64,000 nt of DNA from Eledone cirrhosa (lineage: Eukaryota). This document shows positions 1 to 13,472 of the stretch, piece by piece. The stretch lies in contig OZ024741.1 of assembly GCA_964016885.1 (NCBI GenBank), positions 367,660,001 through 367,724,000 on the forward strand. Reading direction: 5' to 3'. The position numbers and the translations under genes were made by a program. The notes under the pieces were generated by a model. That model saw only the letters and a program-made list of their open reading frames with translations, did not search any database and was not told the origin of the DNA. Position 1 is the stretch's first letter; each line of letters opens with the position of its first letter.

Positions 1-435
1 TAACCAATCAGATTGTTTTTTTTTCTAGACTAGATCCACAGGCGGGGGAGAACCAGTGCGTTTAATATATATATTTGAGAGAGAGACGGAGAGAAAAGAC
101 ATAGACGCGCACACACATATACGATAGATGTAAAACATACTATATCTATAGATATTCCGTTGAGTATTTAATATAATCCCGTGTGATTAGTTCATCTAAT
201 TGTCAGATAAATATTGGAAATAATCGGCAAATGTTTCCTATCAACCGTCTGCAATTCTTTTCCTTCCCACTCTTGAACCCCTAATTGTTTCAAATAAATA
301 TTAACCACACCAGTTAGGGAAAAGCCTGTGAATGTCCTGATCGCAGCCAGCTCCTTTTTTTTTTTTTTGAGAAAAATTATTACCCCCAAAAAATGTAAAG
401 GAGCACATCAAGTGACCGGCTGATATTATTTTCCG

Positions 436-619
436 GGCAGTATCAGGAGAGGGTCGGACGCCATGCTTTGTAGCATAGAGTTACGCCCCTTTATGGTCTG
501 AGTTCAAATCCCACCGAGGTTTCACTTTGCCTTTCATCCTTACGGAGTCGATAAAATAAAGTACCAGTAATGCACTAGCATAATTGCTGGCCTTGTGCCA
601 AAAATAGAAACAATTATTA
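436..619 (+). mobile_element. tRNA-derived SINE, short family with Nin/Deu-like core (one of about 15 copies in the window)
   Basis: B-box-like GAGTTCAAATCC, then ctttgcctttcatccttacggagtcgataaaataaagtaccagt and a tail aattgctggccttgtgccaaaa. The same text recurs many times on both strands. Confidence 0.8.
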
Positions 620-842
620 TCCGGGCACAACAACTGATAAAAAGATCTGGGATTTGAACTCAGGGTGATCAAATGCTGCAAAACCGTCCATCTATCTCTT
701 TAACAATTCTGTCAATACACAGCCGTTAGACTTGTACTTCACTTATCGACCCCGAAAAGGTATAAAGGCAAATTTGACCTCCTTCAGAGTTTAACTCGGT
801 GCTCAGAGAACCCAGAACAAATAACAGTGTGCAGTGGATAAA

Positions 843-1539
843 TGATATTCTTTGATGGGTGATTGATGAAAAGAATAATGCCATGATTGAGTTGTTAACA
901 ACGTTTATTTTATAACAACAATATTCAGTTTGTACATCGAGTAATAATATTTATGACATGAATTATCCCTACATTAATTAGTTGACTAACTTCTACAAGC
1001 TAGCGTAAATACATGTATCACAGAAAACGATATAGTAAATGTTGTGTTGTATCTTACAAATACAATATGACTGGAAGAATAGAACGAGTTTAGAATGTAA
1101 ACAATAGGAACTTACTATGTGTGTGTGTGTATTCTTAGTATACGTTATTGTCGTAGTAGTAGTGGTCAATCTGTCAAGCAGGCATGGCCTTGTCTGTGGC
1201 CAACAAGGTGAGAACCAGTAAGGGCCAGGAGAGAGAAAGGGTAAGAGATCTGCTGATGCGTACATCGTTATCACTCGTTGACTGTTGCTTCGGGTCTGGC
1301 CTTGGGTTTCCTAAGTCGTTGTATTTATAATAACCTTATAGTTAGAAGAATGTGTATATGAGGTTGATTTATGACCAGCCATGTGGATATTGTCTCCCAG
1401 GAAGCTGGGTTCAGATGTCAAGTGGTATGTACGTTTATCATCGTTGTCTTTGACAAGACAATGGTGGGAACCTCCAACGATAGATGGTCCCAGATGCGAG
1501 AAACCTCAGATTCGGTTTCATATCTTCGCCACTAAAACA
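843..1539 (-). mobile_element. Solo-LTR-like repeat (TG...CA), inverted paralog of 50273-50890
   Basis: Both ends align in reverse complement with 50273-50890. TG/CA termini and a TATA-like tataaata on the minus strand. Confidence 0.65.
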
Positions 1540-2069
1540 TAGGAGTATTCCGTTATAAGTGTATTTAACCCGGCATTTTAACGACTGAGCATTTCGCCGC
1601 CATAATGTTTTTTTTTAAATCTTATCTGGGATAGATCAGCTCACACTTTTGTGTTTCAATGATAGAGTCTTCAGTCCTCCAATGAAAACGTAGCGTGAAA
1701 TGAAGTGCCATGCTCAAGAAGACAACATATCATCCTATCCTGGAATAAAACTCACTACCTTACGATCAAGAAACCAACACCGTAACTACCAGGTCATACA
1801 CCTTCACGCTAGAAAAAAAATTACAATTCATCCTTTTAACGGCATAAAACAGGAACTGAGTGCAGGTCCTCATAAAATTCTTCTTGGGTTAGTTCTACCC
1901 ATATGTATGATTGTCTTTCCTCCTCTTTTAATATGGAGAAATATATTTGTTACATCCCTTTACTGGTTTCAGTCATAAGATTGCTGCCATGATGTGACAC
2001 CGTCTTGAAGGGATTTGGTCAATATAGCCAGTGTTATGTTTCAAGTTTTGTACTTACCTTATCGATAAT

Positions 2070-2100
<31 letters not shown>

Positions 2101-2269
2101 GTCAGACCGAAAGTCCATTTAAGGGTGTTAGTTTATAAAAGTAAGCCCCGGTAAATCAAATCTTTTTCAGGCAACGCAGTGGGAGTAGACCTTGTCAATA
2201 AACCAGCTTGGAGAAAGCAACGGATATATTTCGATTTTATTAGTTGAATAATGGTTTCTGATTTAGGCA

Positions 2270-2427
2270 CTAAGTGAACAATTTTGATGCTTTATTTTAT
2301 CGACCTCATAAGGATAAAAGCTAAAGCTAACCCTGACGAGATTTGAACTCAGAACAGAATGGGCTGTAACTCTATGCTGCAAAGTATATTGTCTGACGCC
2401 TTACCGATACGGCCAATCCCCCGCCCT
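2270..2427 (-). mobile_element. SINE copy (Nin/Deu-like core family)
   Basis: Reverse complement of the core: tttattttatcgacc...ggataaaag...gatttgaactcag. Confidence 0.7.
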
Positions 2428-2765
2428 ATTTAATATTAAATAATGTTAAATATTTACTAAATTGCTCTTGAGTATTTTCGAAATTAATTTAAACATATGG
2501 GGTGTGTTTTTCATGAGAAATGTGATAACAGTTTGTAAACATATGGAAAACATAGAAATCTTGTTGATTATGGAGTGTAAGCTCGTCATCTGACCCCGTT
2601 TTATCTGACACCGTTTCAGCACGTCAAGAGTTGCATCAACAACAGGGTTTTTTCCTGCTGTGGTGACAACAGCAGCAACAGCAACACTAACGACAGCAGT
2701 AGCAGAAACACTAGCAACGGCAATAAGCCACTACTACTACTACAACACACATACATACAAACATG

Positions 2766-3318
2766 AAGGCTGCAAACTCTGCTAAGAGTATTGTAATCGC
2801 TTGTCAGATTACAGAGTTTGGTGCACTTTCAGGCTACGGCCAGCCACACAAACCTGTAACATATCCTTACCAAGCAATGCCTGTTGCTTTGAAGGTTTTT
2901 TAAGTGGGGAAAGGCTTTGCACTCGACCAATCCCACTCTCTCAGCATCGAAAACACTACCCGAAAATGAGAATTGGTCAACATCATCGGATGCTTCCGAA
3001 GCCGCAAGTTATTTTGTTTTTTTTTCCAGAGTTTCCCTTTCTTAGAAAGGTGTTGTGACAATAACTGGGGGCCTTTCACTCCCAGGTTAAAAAAAAAAAT
3101 AAATAAATAAATAAAAAGTACTATTTGGATGGCCGTTGACTCTGCCGAGTTACTCCGCCCTTTGCCGGGTCTTGTATTTCATGCCACAGAGTGTCCAAAT
3201 ATCACCCTCCTCACCAAGCAAACTTGGTGGGGTTGCCGGTTTAGTCGCCGACGACCCGACCATGAGACAGGTTGTACTGGGTCACGTTACCAGTAGCACC
3301 CGGGAGCGACCTGACATA
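2766..3318. mobile_element. Non-autonomous ~0.55-kb element embedded in (TACA)n, paralog of 63005-63612
   Basis: Shares both ends with 63005-63612 (ggctgc.aactc...gagta at the left; tttggatggcc...cccgaccatgagacaggttgtactggg...ttaccagtagcacc...gacctgacata at the right). Flanked by TACA repeats, no meaningful ORF. Confidence 0.7.
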
Positions 3319-3510
3319 ATACATACATACATACATACATACATACATACATACATACATACATACATACATACATACAAGCATACATACGTACACACAC
3401 ATACATACACACACACACATACATACATATATACATTCATATATACATACATGCATACATACATACATGCATACATACATACATATACATACATATACAT
3501 ACATATACAT
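3319..3510. repeat. (TACA)n microsatellite at the 5' junction of the R4/Dong-like element
   Basis: Direct reading. Confidence 0.95.
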
Positions 3511-3713
3511 CAGTCAGTCAGTTTACGCGATCAGTCGCATATTTTGGTGTGGGAAACTATTCATTAAATTTAAGATGAATACCACAACTACCAGTCATAT
3601 TGAATAACTGGCTATTCTTCTAACTATATCCACTGAAGACACCTTTTATTCGAATTCATAGAGATATCCGACTAAATACATAATTCATTTTACAGGGATT
3701 TGCTACAAACAGC

Positions 3714-4290
3714 ATGACTGAACAAAACAACATCAATAACATTAAGGAAGTATCGAAGAAAAACAACGGAAAAGGTAAACAAAATGTATTCAGTTGTAGC
3801 TACAGAAGAAACCGAAATTATAAATCGCATTTCTCTTGGAGTTGCGAACTTAATTGTTATAAAAGGGCAAAAAACAATCCCTCCATTGGCTATATGAACA
3901 GAATGAAACTACTCTGGGACGAAATACATCCAGAGCTAAATCACTTCACAGCGAAACAATTACGCCAACAAGCGACGTTTGTTGAACGTAAAAATAAGAT
4001 AAATATTATTAATTGTAAGTCCCCCACAATAAACATGGAATCAACAACACGTGCTACAGGTCGCCATGCTACTAGACTTCCTAGTAGCCAGGTCGAACAG
4101 TGCCTCGAAACAACTATGCCTGTAAGAAATTTGACACCACGTGTACCATATGAGTCTACCTCGAATGCTGGAGAAAACACTATCGATAATAATAATAATC
4201 GGAGAATTAATAATAATAATCGAAGAAATTTGACACCACGTGTACCATCCGAGTCTACCTCGACTGTTGTGGAAAGTATTATCGATAATG
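3714..4290 (+). pseudogene. N-terminal domain of the R4/Dong-like ORF, interrupted by a SINE
   Basis: ORF 3714..4313 resembles R4-clade N-termini. It contains an internal duplication (RNLTPRVP..ST twice) and runs into a SINE tail. Confidence 0.7.
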
Positions 4291-4476
4291 ATAATAATTG
4301 TTTCTACTTTTGACACAAGGCCAGCAATTAACCAGTGCATTACTGATACTTTATTTTATCGACCCCATAAGGATGAAAGGTAAAGTTAACCTCGGCGGGA
4401 TTTGAACTCAGAATGGCAAGGGCCGTAACTCTATGCGTCAAAGCATGGTGTCCGACCTTCTACCGTTACTGCCAAG
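4291..4476 (-). mobile_element. SINE inserted in the retrotransposon ORF
   Basis: Full reverse-complement SINE copy flanked by gataatgat/gataataat, a probable target-site duplication. Confidence 0.85.
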
Positions 4477-5094
4477 ATAATAATCAAAAGTATAAACAAT
4501 TGAAAATTTCCCTCAACTAAATCTTCCAGAGAGAAATTAATTCATGTATAAACATTTCTCTTGTTGAACGTATTAAAACAACAATATTTAATTTAAAAAA
4601 ACAAATAATGAAATACTACGTGTTATTGACGAAATAGGGGATGAATATTTACGACGGATAAAAACCTTAACATTTTGGCAAATCAACGCATGTTTATATG
4701 CCTTAGCAACGACAGTGAAGCATTATCTTGGTGATAGCAGAGATATTAACAAGAATAAAACACCACCAAAAATACCATCATATATAACTAAAATAGAAAA
4801 AAAGATTGCTGACCTACGAAAAACCATAGGATATGTGACAATGCTCCTTACATACAAACAAACACAAAAAAATTCACTCCTCACCAACAAAGAGTGAAAA
4901 ATAAAATAGAGACGATGTTTGGTAACAGTAGAACCAGAACTCTCCAATATAAGCTGATCACCCTCAAACAAGAATTGAGAGCTATCAGCGAAAAACGCCG
5001 ATACCTGAAGAAGGTAGATGAAAGAAAAGTGCTTAATAAAAGATTGGATGAAACCAAACATCAGTCTATAGAGATATGAAGGGCAAAATAATAA

Positions 5095-6449
5095 GTGTCC
5101 CAGAAAGACATAGATTCCTTTTGGAAAAAAATATGGGGTGGAAAGAAGAATTTCAACCAAGATGCAGTGTGGCTAAAAGAAATCCAAAAGAACTATTGCT
5201 CCTACACTACAACAAAAACATACGAATTAAGTGAGTGTACCCTTGAGACTGTGATAGGAAAACTCCAAGATAAGAAAACACCAGGAAGAAACATGATTAT
5301 CGGCTACTGGTACAAAAAACTGATATTCTATCGGAGGTATCTTACCGACCTCTACCAACAAGTTCTTAAGGGAGATACACTTATACCAGAATGGTTGACA
5401 TTAGCACAAACATTACTGGTCCCCAAGAACAAAGACACCCACTTGGCAAAAAACTACCGATCCATTGCATGCCAGAACCTGATGTATAAGATGTATTCAG
5501 CCTGCCTGAACCTATTACTCCAAGATCACTGTGAAAATAATAACATCATCACAGATGAACAAGCAGCTGGAAAGAAAGGGGTTTGGGGATGTGTTGAACA
5601 ACTCCTAATCAACAAAACTGCGATGTCGAAGGTGCGACAACTTAGGAGGAATATGGCTACAGTCTGGCTGGACTACAGGAAAGCTTTCGATTCTGTTCCC
5701 CACTCTTGGATGATAGAGGCCCTCCGACTTGCTAAAGTCCCAGACATTATTATCAGAACCATAGAGAAGCTGTCTTCTTCTTGGGCTACTATCCTAAAGT
5801 TAAAGACAGAGAAGGAGGACTCTATTTTCACTGATAAAATAGAATATCACAGGGGTATATTTCAAGGAGACAATATCTCTGTGATATTATTTATCCTGTC
5901 ATTAAACCCCTTGTCCTTTCTGCTCATGAAATGTGAATGATACATCATTGGTTCACAGGAGGACAGAAATACAAACCTACCCATAATTTCTTTGTGGACG
6001 ATCTGAAACTCTATGCCAAGAACATAGATGGGATGAAGAAAAATCTTGACCTGGTTACAACATTCTCAAAGGATATAGGAATGGAGTTTGGCCAAGATAA
6101 ATGCTCATACAAGACTGTAAAGCGGGAAAAAACAACAACTCAATCTACCAATATCATCATCAATGACCTAACTGTTTCACCGATATCTGATGAGGACTGC
6201 TACAGATACCTGGGGATAGATGAGAACATATCCTATAATGGTATCTGTAATAAGGAACGCGTAACCAGGGAATACTACACGCGATTAAGAAAAATATGGT
6301 CATCGCAACTCTCTGTGCAAAACAAAACAGTGGCTCACAATGTGTTTGCTGTGCCTGTCCTAACACCAACGTTTGGAATACTCAATTGGACGATAGACGA
6401 AATACCAGCAATTGATGTTAGAACTCGAAAAATACTAAACAACACCTGA
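5095..6449 (+). pseudogene. Reverse transcriptase domain (frameshifted near 5940)
   Basis: ORFs 5095..5940 and 5937..6449 carry the canonical non-LTR RT motifs, with catalytic FVDD. Confidence 0.92.
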
Positions 6450-6485
6450 AACTTCCACATCAACAGTGACATAGACTGCCTTTAC

Positions 6486-7536
6486 TTGAAGGGAGGCAGA
6501 GGCCTAACATCAGTCCAGACAGCATTTGAATGTCGCATCATATCCCTCCGACAACAGCTACGAACCTCGAAGCGTAGGAGCCCGTCTCTCGAGCAAGTCT
6601 ATCTGCATAAAACAGATAAGATCATGAGAGTTGGGAAGGCACTCCTCGAAAGATATTCCCTGTGTGATAATCAAAAACTCACACTCAAGGAAGTCGCTCA
6701 GCAGTATCGCAGTGAATCCATGGAGGAAAAACTACATGCTTATCAGCAAAAAATCATGCATGGATATGTTGCCAGGAAGCTCCAGAGTGAGAGTAATATA
6801 GATAAGGAAAGTAGTCTATATTGGACCAACAGCCGCTTTATTGGCTCCCACTTTGAAGGATACGCTTTTGCAATCCAAGAACAGGAAATCAACACGAAAT
6901 ACCTGATTCACAAAAGAGATAGGGATGCAGGCAAAACACCTAGATGTGATAACAAGTGCAGACTCTGCAGAATTAACCCATGTCATAAGCATCTGTCCAA
7001 AGATGTCATCGCGATACTATCTGCCTATGAGGCATGATGTGGTGGCCAAAACACTGTACAATGCAATCCGTAGAAAAGATAGCCCCGATAATAAACACAT
7101 CAAAAGCTACAGCAATGTGGAATACATACATATACATAATATGAAAGAGTACTGGTGGAATGTTCCAGTAAAAACCCCAATAAAATTCAGGCATATCAGA
7201 CCAGATATAATGATATGGGACAGGGAGAAGAAGACATGCACAGTAGTGGAAGTTAGCTGCCCAGCAGATGCCAATATAATATCAAAGTTTAGCAAAAAGG
7301 AGAATATTTATGCAGAACTAATGAGAAATATACAGATACTCCACCCTGATTACACCTTCAGATTTATGCCTGTGGTTATTGGGGCACTGGGGTATGTTAG
7401 TAACTGCCTCAATACAAATCTTGAGAAGCTAGGCTTCATAGGAACAGAAAGAATGCAACTAGTTAGGAAATTACAAGTACAAATCATTAATGGAACAGTA
7501 AAAATATGTAAAACATTCCAAAAATTTTGCATCTAA
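6486..7536 (+). pseudogene. Thumb, CCHC zinc knuckle and PD-(D/E)xK restriction-like endonuclease
   Basis: ORFs 6486..7037 and 6925..7536: QEQEINTKY, CRLC, HVISICPK, RHD, RPDIMIWD, VEVSCP. Confidence 0.9.
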
Positions 7537-7757
7537 TAACTGCATATACACATGTACAGATACAAAGCGTTTACACATGCACACATATAACTCAAAACAT
7601 ACACATCCACACATACAATAACATCCATACCTACACATGCATCATGCAGATATGCATACATATCTACCTAGCTGATGTGTAAATTCCAATGGGAGAGTCT
7701 TGTGTAAGAAACCGACTCTCTCTATTGGCAAAAATTTGTGAAATTATAAAACCAGAA

Positions 7758-7831
7758 CATACATACATACATACATACATACATACATACATACATACAT
7801 ACATACATACATACATACATACATACATACA

Positions 7832-7860
<29 letters not shown>
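7758..7860. repeat. (CATA)n microsatellite at the 3' junction of the R4/Dong-like element
   Basis: Perfect repeat starts directly after ...aaaccagaa. Confidence 0.95.
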
Positions 7861-7862
<2 letters not shown>

Positions 7863-8499
7863 GATTTAGTCATTTCAAATCGTTGTTGAAAAAGAAAAAA
7901 AATTAGTAATATGAGTGGTATGGACTAATAGAGGAGTTAATAAACAGTTGCACTAACACAGTGTGATTTAGAATAGAGTGGTATCAAATATACATAAATA
8001 TGGGTATTTTGTATCCGGCTGTGGTGACAACAGTAGCAACAGCAACTGTTGTCACCAGTAACAGTAGCAACAGCAACACTAGCAACAGCAGAAACACTAG
8101 CAGCAGCAATAAGCCACTACTATTACTACAACTACGATCATCCAACTATCTCCTACCACTCCCGAATCTTATGACAAAAAGCAAGACGGACCTAATAGAA
8201 AAATAATGTTCCACTCCCCAAGAAAAAAATGTCTGCATAATATCATATGGCGTTTGTGAATTTGGTTTCAATAGAAAAATAATAACAAAGGTATTGCCTA
8301 ATTCTACATACCATCATCCTATAAATGGCACACGACATAACCAGAAAACATTGCCATCATTTTCACCCCTATTACTGTTCCTAATACCCAATATATAGCC
8401 ATGATCTTAAATATGGATGCACAAAATGCAACAGGTGTGCTTTCTTCTATACGAAATTGTGCCGGAACTCAAGGTCTAACTCACGCTAGAATAAAAAAA

Positions 8500-9377
8500 A
8501 AACCTAATTCATAGCTTTATTGTGAATGACTTGAAACTTTATGCCAAGAATATAAATAGGAAGAAAAACCTTGACCTGGGTACGACGTTCTCGAAAGATA
8601 GAGGAATGGAGTATGTCCAGGATAAATGATTGTAAAGTGAGGAAAAACTACAAGCCAATCTAGCAACAACTCTATCAATGGCTTTACTGCTTCACCGGTA
8701 TCTGATGAGGACTGCTACAGATACTTAGGGATAGGTGAAAATATATCCTGTGATGGTATTTGTAAGAAGGAACTAGCAACCAGGGAATATAACACTTGAA
8801 GAAGAAAAATATGGTCTTCGAAACTCTCTGTACACAAAAGCTCAGTGACCAACAATGCGTTACTGTGCCTGTTCTAACACCAACATTTGGACTACTTGAC
8901 TGAACGCTAGATGAGATCCGAGTCATTGATGTTAAAATCCGAAAAGTTCTAGCAGGCACGAGAAATTTCCACACCAATAGTGACATAGACCGCTTCTACT
9001 TAAAATGCAAACAAGGAGGCAGAGGCTTAACATCAATCCAAAGATCATTTGATTGTCGCATCATATCCCTCTGGCATCTACGAACCAATAAGCGCTGAAG
9101 CCCATCTATAGAACAAATCTGTCTATATGAAGCAGATAACATCATTGGGAAGGAACTCCTTGAGAAATACTCCCTGCGTGACAGCCAAAAACTCGTAACC
9201 AGGGAAATTACACAATAATACCGCAATGAATCCATGGATGAAAAGTTGCATGCTTATAAAAAAAATCATTTCAGAAATGTTGTATGTAATAACTGTATGG
9301 ACACAGAAACATATACACGAGCACATATATATATAACTCAAAACATACAGATCAATACATGTAATAACATCCATACA

Positions 9378-9425
<48 letters not shown>

Positions 9426-9542
9426 CAAACAAGCAAACAAACAAACACATACAGACATGCATATGTATTTACCTACTTGGTGTGGTCTAAATTCCAATAA
9501 AAGAGTCTTGTTTTTCTGTAAGAATCCGACTCACTCTCTCTC
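8500..9542 (+). mobile_element. Older 5'-truncated, internally deleted copy of the R4/Dong-like element
   Basis: Aligns to about 5975-6755 (tctgatgaggactgctacagatac, ggaggcagaggc.taacatc), then jumps to the 3'UTR (taaattccaat...gagtcttg...ccgactc). Confidence 0.85.
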
Positions 9543-9559
9543 TGTATATATATATATAT

Positions 9560-9630
<71 letters not shown>

Positions 9631-9678
9631 TACATACATACATACATACATACATACATACATACATACATACATACA

Positions 9679-9709
<31 letters not shown>

Positions 9710-11489
9710 GAGAGAGGTTGTTGTTTCAGTTATTTCAACATAAAAAACCGTTGTTAAATAAAACTTAGTAACATGAGTCGTATGATCTAATGGTGTAGTT
9801 AACGAACAGTCGCACTAACACAGCGTGATTTAAAATAGAGGCGTATCTTAAAGCATATTCAGTATTATTATTAACTTTGCCTTTCATCCTTACGGGGTCG
9901 ATAAAATAAAGTACCAGTAATGCACTGGGTAATTGCTGGCCTTGTGCCAAAAGTAGAAACAATTATATATATTAAACATACGTCTATGAGTATTTTAAGC
10001 ATCTATATAGGTTTGTTATATTTAAACATATTGTACATGCTTTTATGCACACCTCTATTACGAATCACATTGTGTCGGTGTCAGTGCGACTGCTAATTTA
10101 TACCAGCCCGTCAAGCCCGCACTGTATGCACATGAGCATCGCAATAAATGTATCGTTCGCAAAAATCTACATAAGCTATTAGTTTATTTTGCCTCAGTAC
10201 CAAGTGAGTAAATGGCACTGAAAATGAAAAAAAATCCTGAATCACTAGTGTTTGGCGTTCTCACATGACTACTATATTGGCTGTAACATGATTATAGTTT
10301 AAAATTCCCAAAGCTACACTTATGAATGTTTAATATACAAAAACATATTGTCTATACTTCCTTATACGATTCTATTACAAGTGTTCACATCTCTCTATCT
10401 CACGAGCGGCAGATGTTCCCCCATAGGATTGTCCTTTTCCGAAAAGCATGCCTATCGTGAATTGAAGAGCTCTTCAGAAACGATCTAAATAGTGACCAAT
10501 GTTGTTATATCGTTGTCGAACATCCGTCGATCCTGTTGATGAGTCTACTAAGGGAACAGCTTATTCGTGAATTGAATTTGCAAGCAAGTGGCTGCTCATT
10601 TCACAAACACATGCACTCGTAACGCAACTTTAAACGTTAATTTCGTGAGTAGGCTGTTCTGTTGTTCAAACAATAGGGGCATTCATCGTCGAAACCGTGT
10701 GTGTGTGTGTGTGGTGTGTGTGTATTAATAGTTTATAATTTGAGCACAAGGCCAGCAATTTGAGGGAAGTAGAAGTCAGTAATTCACTGATATTTTATTT
10801 TATCGGCCCCAGAAGGATGAATAGCAAACTTAAAACGTAATGAGCCGAAGTTTGTGTGTGTGTTAGTGTGTGTGTGTGTGCGTGCGTGCGTGTGTGTGCG
10901 TATGTGTGTTTGTGCGTGCGTGTGTGTGCGTTCATGTGTGTGTGTGTGTGTGCAAATTACGTGGGAGAATGAGGCATGTTCATGCACATACTGACGAAGT
11001 GCAAACTGCCATGACAAAGTCCTTGGAGCATTGGTTGGCATCTTAGAGAGACGGAAACATGGAAATGTACCAAACCCATGTGAGATCAAAGACAGGGAAA
11101 AGTCACCAACATCAAAAATGACTTAAGACGATCTTCCTGCGGGTGTCACAATCGTGAGAAAAGGGGCTGAATCCGGGTAGAAACTACAATTCCCTGAGCT
11201 GCCCAAATATCCCCGTTGCCTGACAGAGGGAGGAGGCAAAAACAATCCTTCCGATTGAATTAACGGTCTTGTAAGAAAACATGTGATGAGACCTTGGAAA
11301 GGAAAATATCGATTACTTGAATTTGATCAGAAGCAGACTGCACCTTATACTGAACCGGGCAACCGTCACCTATCAGGTTCACTCCATTGTTTATCTGTTT
11401 GTTTTTATGTTTTTGTTATCCAGCCTAACGACCTAGCAAACATTGTCCGAGTGTCTGTGTAGCCAGTCAACCTCTGAATCTGGTCCAAT

Positions 11490-11708
11490 AATGGTTTCTA
11501 ACATAGGCACAATGCTTGCAATGTTGAAGGAAGGGGAAAGTCGTTTATATCGATTCCTGTACTTGACAGGTATTTTATTTTATCCATCCCGGAAGGATGA
11601 AAGACAAAGTTGACCTCGATAGGTTTGGAACCCAGAACATAAAGAGCCAGAACAAATACTGTTAGGCATTAGTCCGACGTTCTAATGGCTTTGTCAGTTC
11701 ATCGCCCA
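11490..11708 (-). mobile_element. SINE copy
   Basis: Reverse-complement core ttttattttatc...ggatgaaagacaaagttgacctc. Confidence 0.7.
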
Positions 11709-12000
11709 ATAATATAAGGATAAAGTGTGAGGGCTGGATATATCCGACTGAAGCTGGTTGCAGGAGATTTCCAGCACAGTTTGTGTGGAGGAAGAGGTTA
11801 GCAAAAGTGTCAGCGAAAAGAGACAGTTACTGAGCTTGGGTTAGGCGGGGGTTAAATGAATTCGAAGCCAGGTGAAGACGGACAGTGACTAACCATCACT
11901 GCCAACTCGCCAATTGGAGAACGTTGTGTTAGTCTGTCAAGACATGAGAAAAATTGGACATCGCCTGTTCTGACGACTTCTCTTGACTGACAGCTACATT

Positions 12001-12097
<97 letters not shown>

Positions 12098-12212
12098 AGA
12101 GAGAGAGAGAAAATGCGAAGTAGTTGCAGATCTTAAAGTCCTTTATTGATAAGGCAGTGATACATATTTTGATGACGACAGTGACCACGCGATTTATATA
12201 TATATATATATA

Positions 12213-13233
12213 TATACTATAAAGCTGACGGCCGTATGTAGGTAACAAACTTTCCGCCAAACGGCTGGACCAAACAGCACCAAATTTGCACCATAGATGT
12301 AACTTTTTCCAAGTAAAAAAGTGAGGGTATTTTTGTCTACTGAATTTTGTTAAAAGATTAAAGACATTATTTAAATATTCACTTCTTTAAAATTTCAAAT
12401 GTCAACACTTCCGGTTATACGTCATTCCTCACTTTTTCTTATGACGTAGCACAACATTCCGCTCTTTTTCTTAGTCTGTCTTTTTAGATAGATACATAGC
12501 TATAACGTAGCGCCCTTATAATATGTCTCTGTATGTCTGGCTGTCTGCATTAGATAACGTTTTTCGAAATATTTACTTCTGAGTTCACAGAAAGTCTAGC
12601 TGAGGACATCCTCCACCGCACACGCAGACACAATCTAAACGTAACGTAGGATGTAGTTTTCAATGAGGCGCACATTTATCTTGAAAACAGTGTCCTGGAG
12701 ATTGGTAGTAGGCCTCTAAGTCACAACAGCTTACCTGCTCCTTACAGGAGTGTCCAGAGGTCAACGACTACAGAGCTTCTCTGCGAGACGAGCTACGAGA
12801 TCAATGATTCTCCCATGGTCAATTGTATGTAGGATGCTCTAGGGTGAGCTCGCCAAACAATCTCTTCATCTTTGCTCCGGAGGGCCGAACAAAAAATATT
12901 GTATACTCTGAGGCTCTAACAATGTAATTTATGTATTTTCTGTTACTTGGAATTTCCATTATGGTTGTACAAATTATTGTTTGTTAAAAAATGTGTTCTC
13001 TGTTCAGCCTTTATTGTTGTAACTATCAATTTTCTTTAACGTACCGGCTGCTGAACTGGGGAATCCTAAAAACTATTCAAACCCAACATCAGAGCACGTT
13101 AACCCCCCCCCCCCCCCCTCGCTGACTTGAGAGGGTGTGCGGTATCTTTGCACTGGAGCGTGGGGGGGGGGGGATTCATGAAAAGATAAAATGCCGGTAA
13201 ACCTAGCCGGGCGCCAGCCGGACGGGCCAGCTA

Positions 13234-13234
<1 letters not shown>
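12213..13234 (+). mobile_element. Non-autonomous Helitron with helicase remnants
   Basis: Translates LAEDILHR...VFNEAHIYLE and SHGQLYVGCSRVSSPNNLFIFAPEGRTKNIVYSEAL* (about 12810-12927). GC-rich hairpin-like end, then CTAG|T at 13231-13234. Confidence 0.8.
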
Positions 13235-13275
<41 letters not shown>

Positions 13276-13472
13276 TTATAAGAAAGTGAATGAAATATAT
13301 CCATGCATACATAAGTGTGCATTAAGATGTATCAAAGCTTAAAATTAGAGACAATCTGCACTGAATATAAGATTACATAATTCGTTGAGTATCTTATTAA
13401 ATTTAATAAAAAATTAAAACAAAATACCTGATAACGATCAATATATTTCCCTCATATGTATTCTCCACAAAA

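Larger units (their letters stand above)
3511..7757 (+). mobile_element. Near full-length decayed R4/Dong-clade non-LTR retrotransposon (RT + CCHC + RLE endonuclease)
   Basis: Colinear broken ORFs: N-terminal domain (CYKRAK...GYMNRMKLLWDEIHP), RT motifs (YRSIAC, WLDYRKAFDSVPH, GIFQGD, FVDDLKLY, YRYLG), GGRGL, CRLC...HVISICP...RHD, RPDIMI...VEVSCP...KENIY. Bounded by (TACA)n on both sides. Confidence 0.92.

Noticed and set aside
3575-3660. Possible ribozyme in the 5'UTR region (about 3545-3645) of the Dong-like element: GAAA...CTGAAGA
   Set aside because: Stems II and III and the NUH site do not assemble, and no HDV fold could be built by eye.
6187-6210. CTGATGA in the RT region (also near 8702)
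   Set aside because: Coding sequence (SDEDCY) with no GAAA or stems.
10945-11485. Possible LTR or exon
   Set aside because: No second copy, termini or reading frame that I could support.
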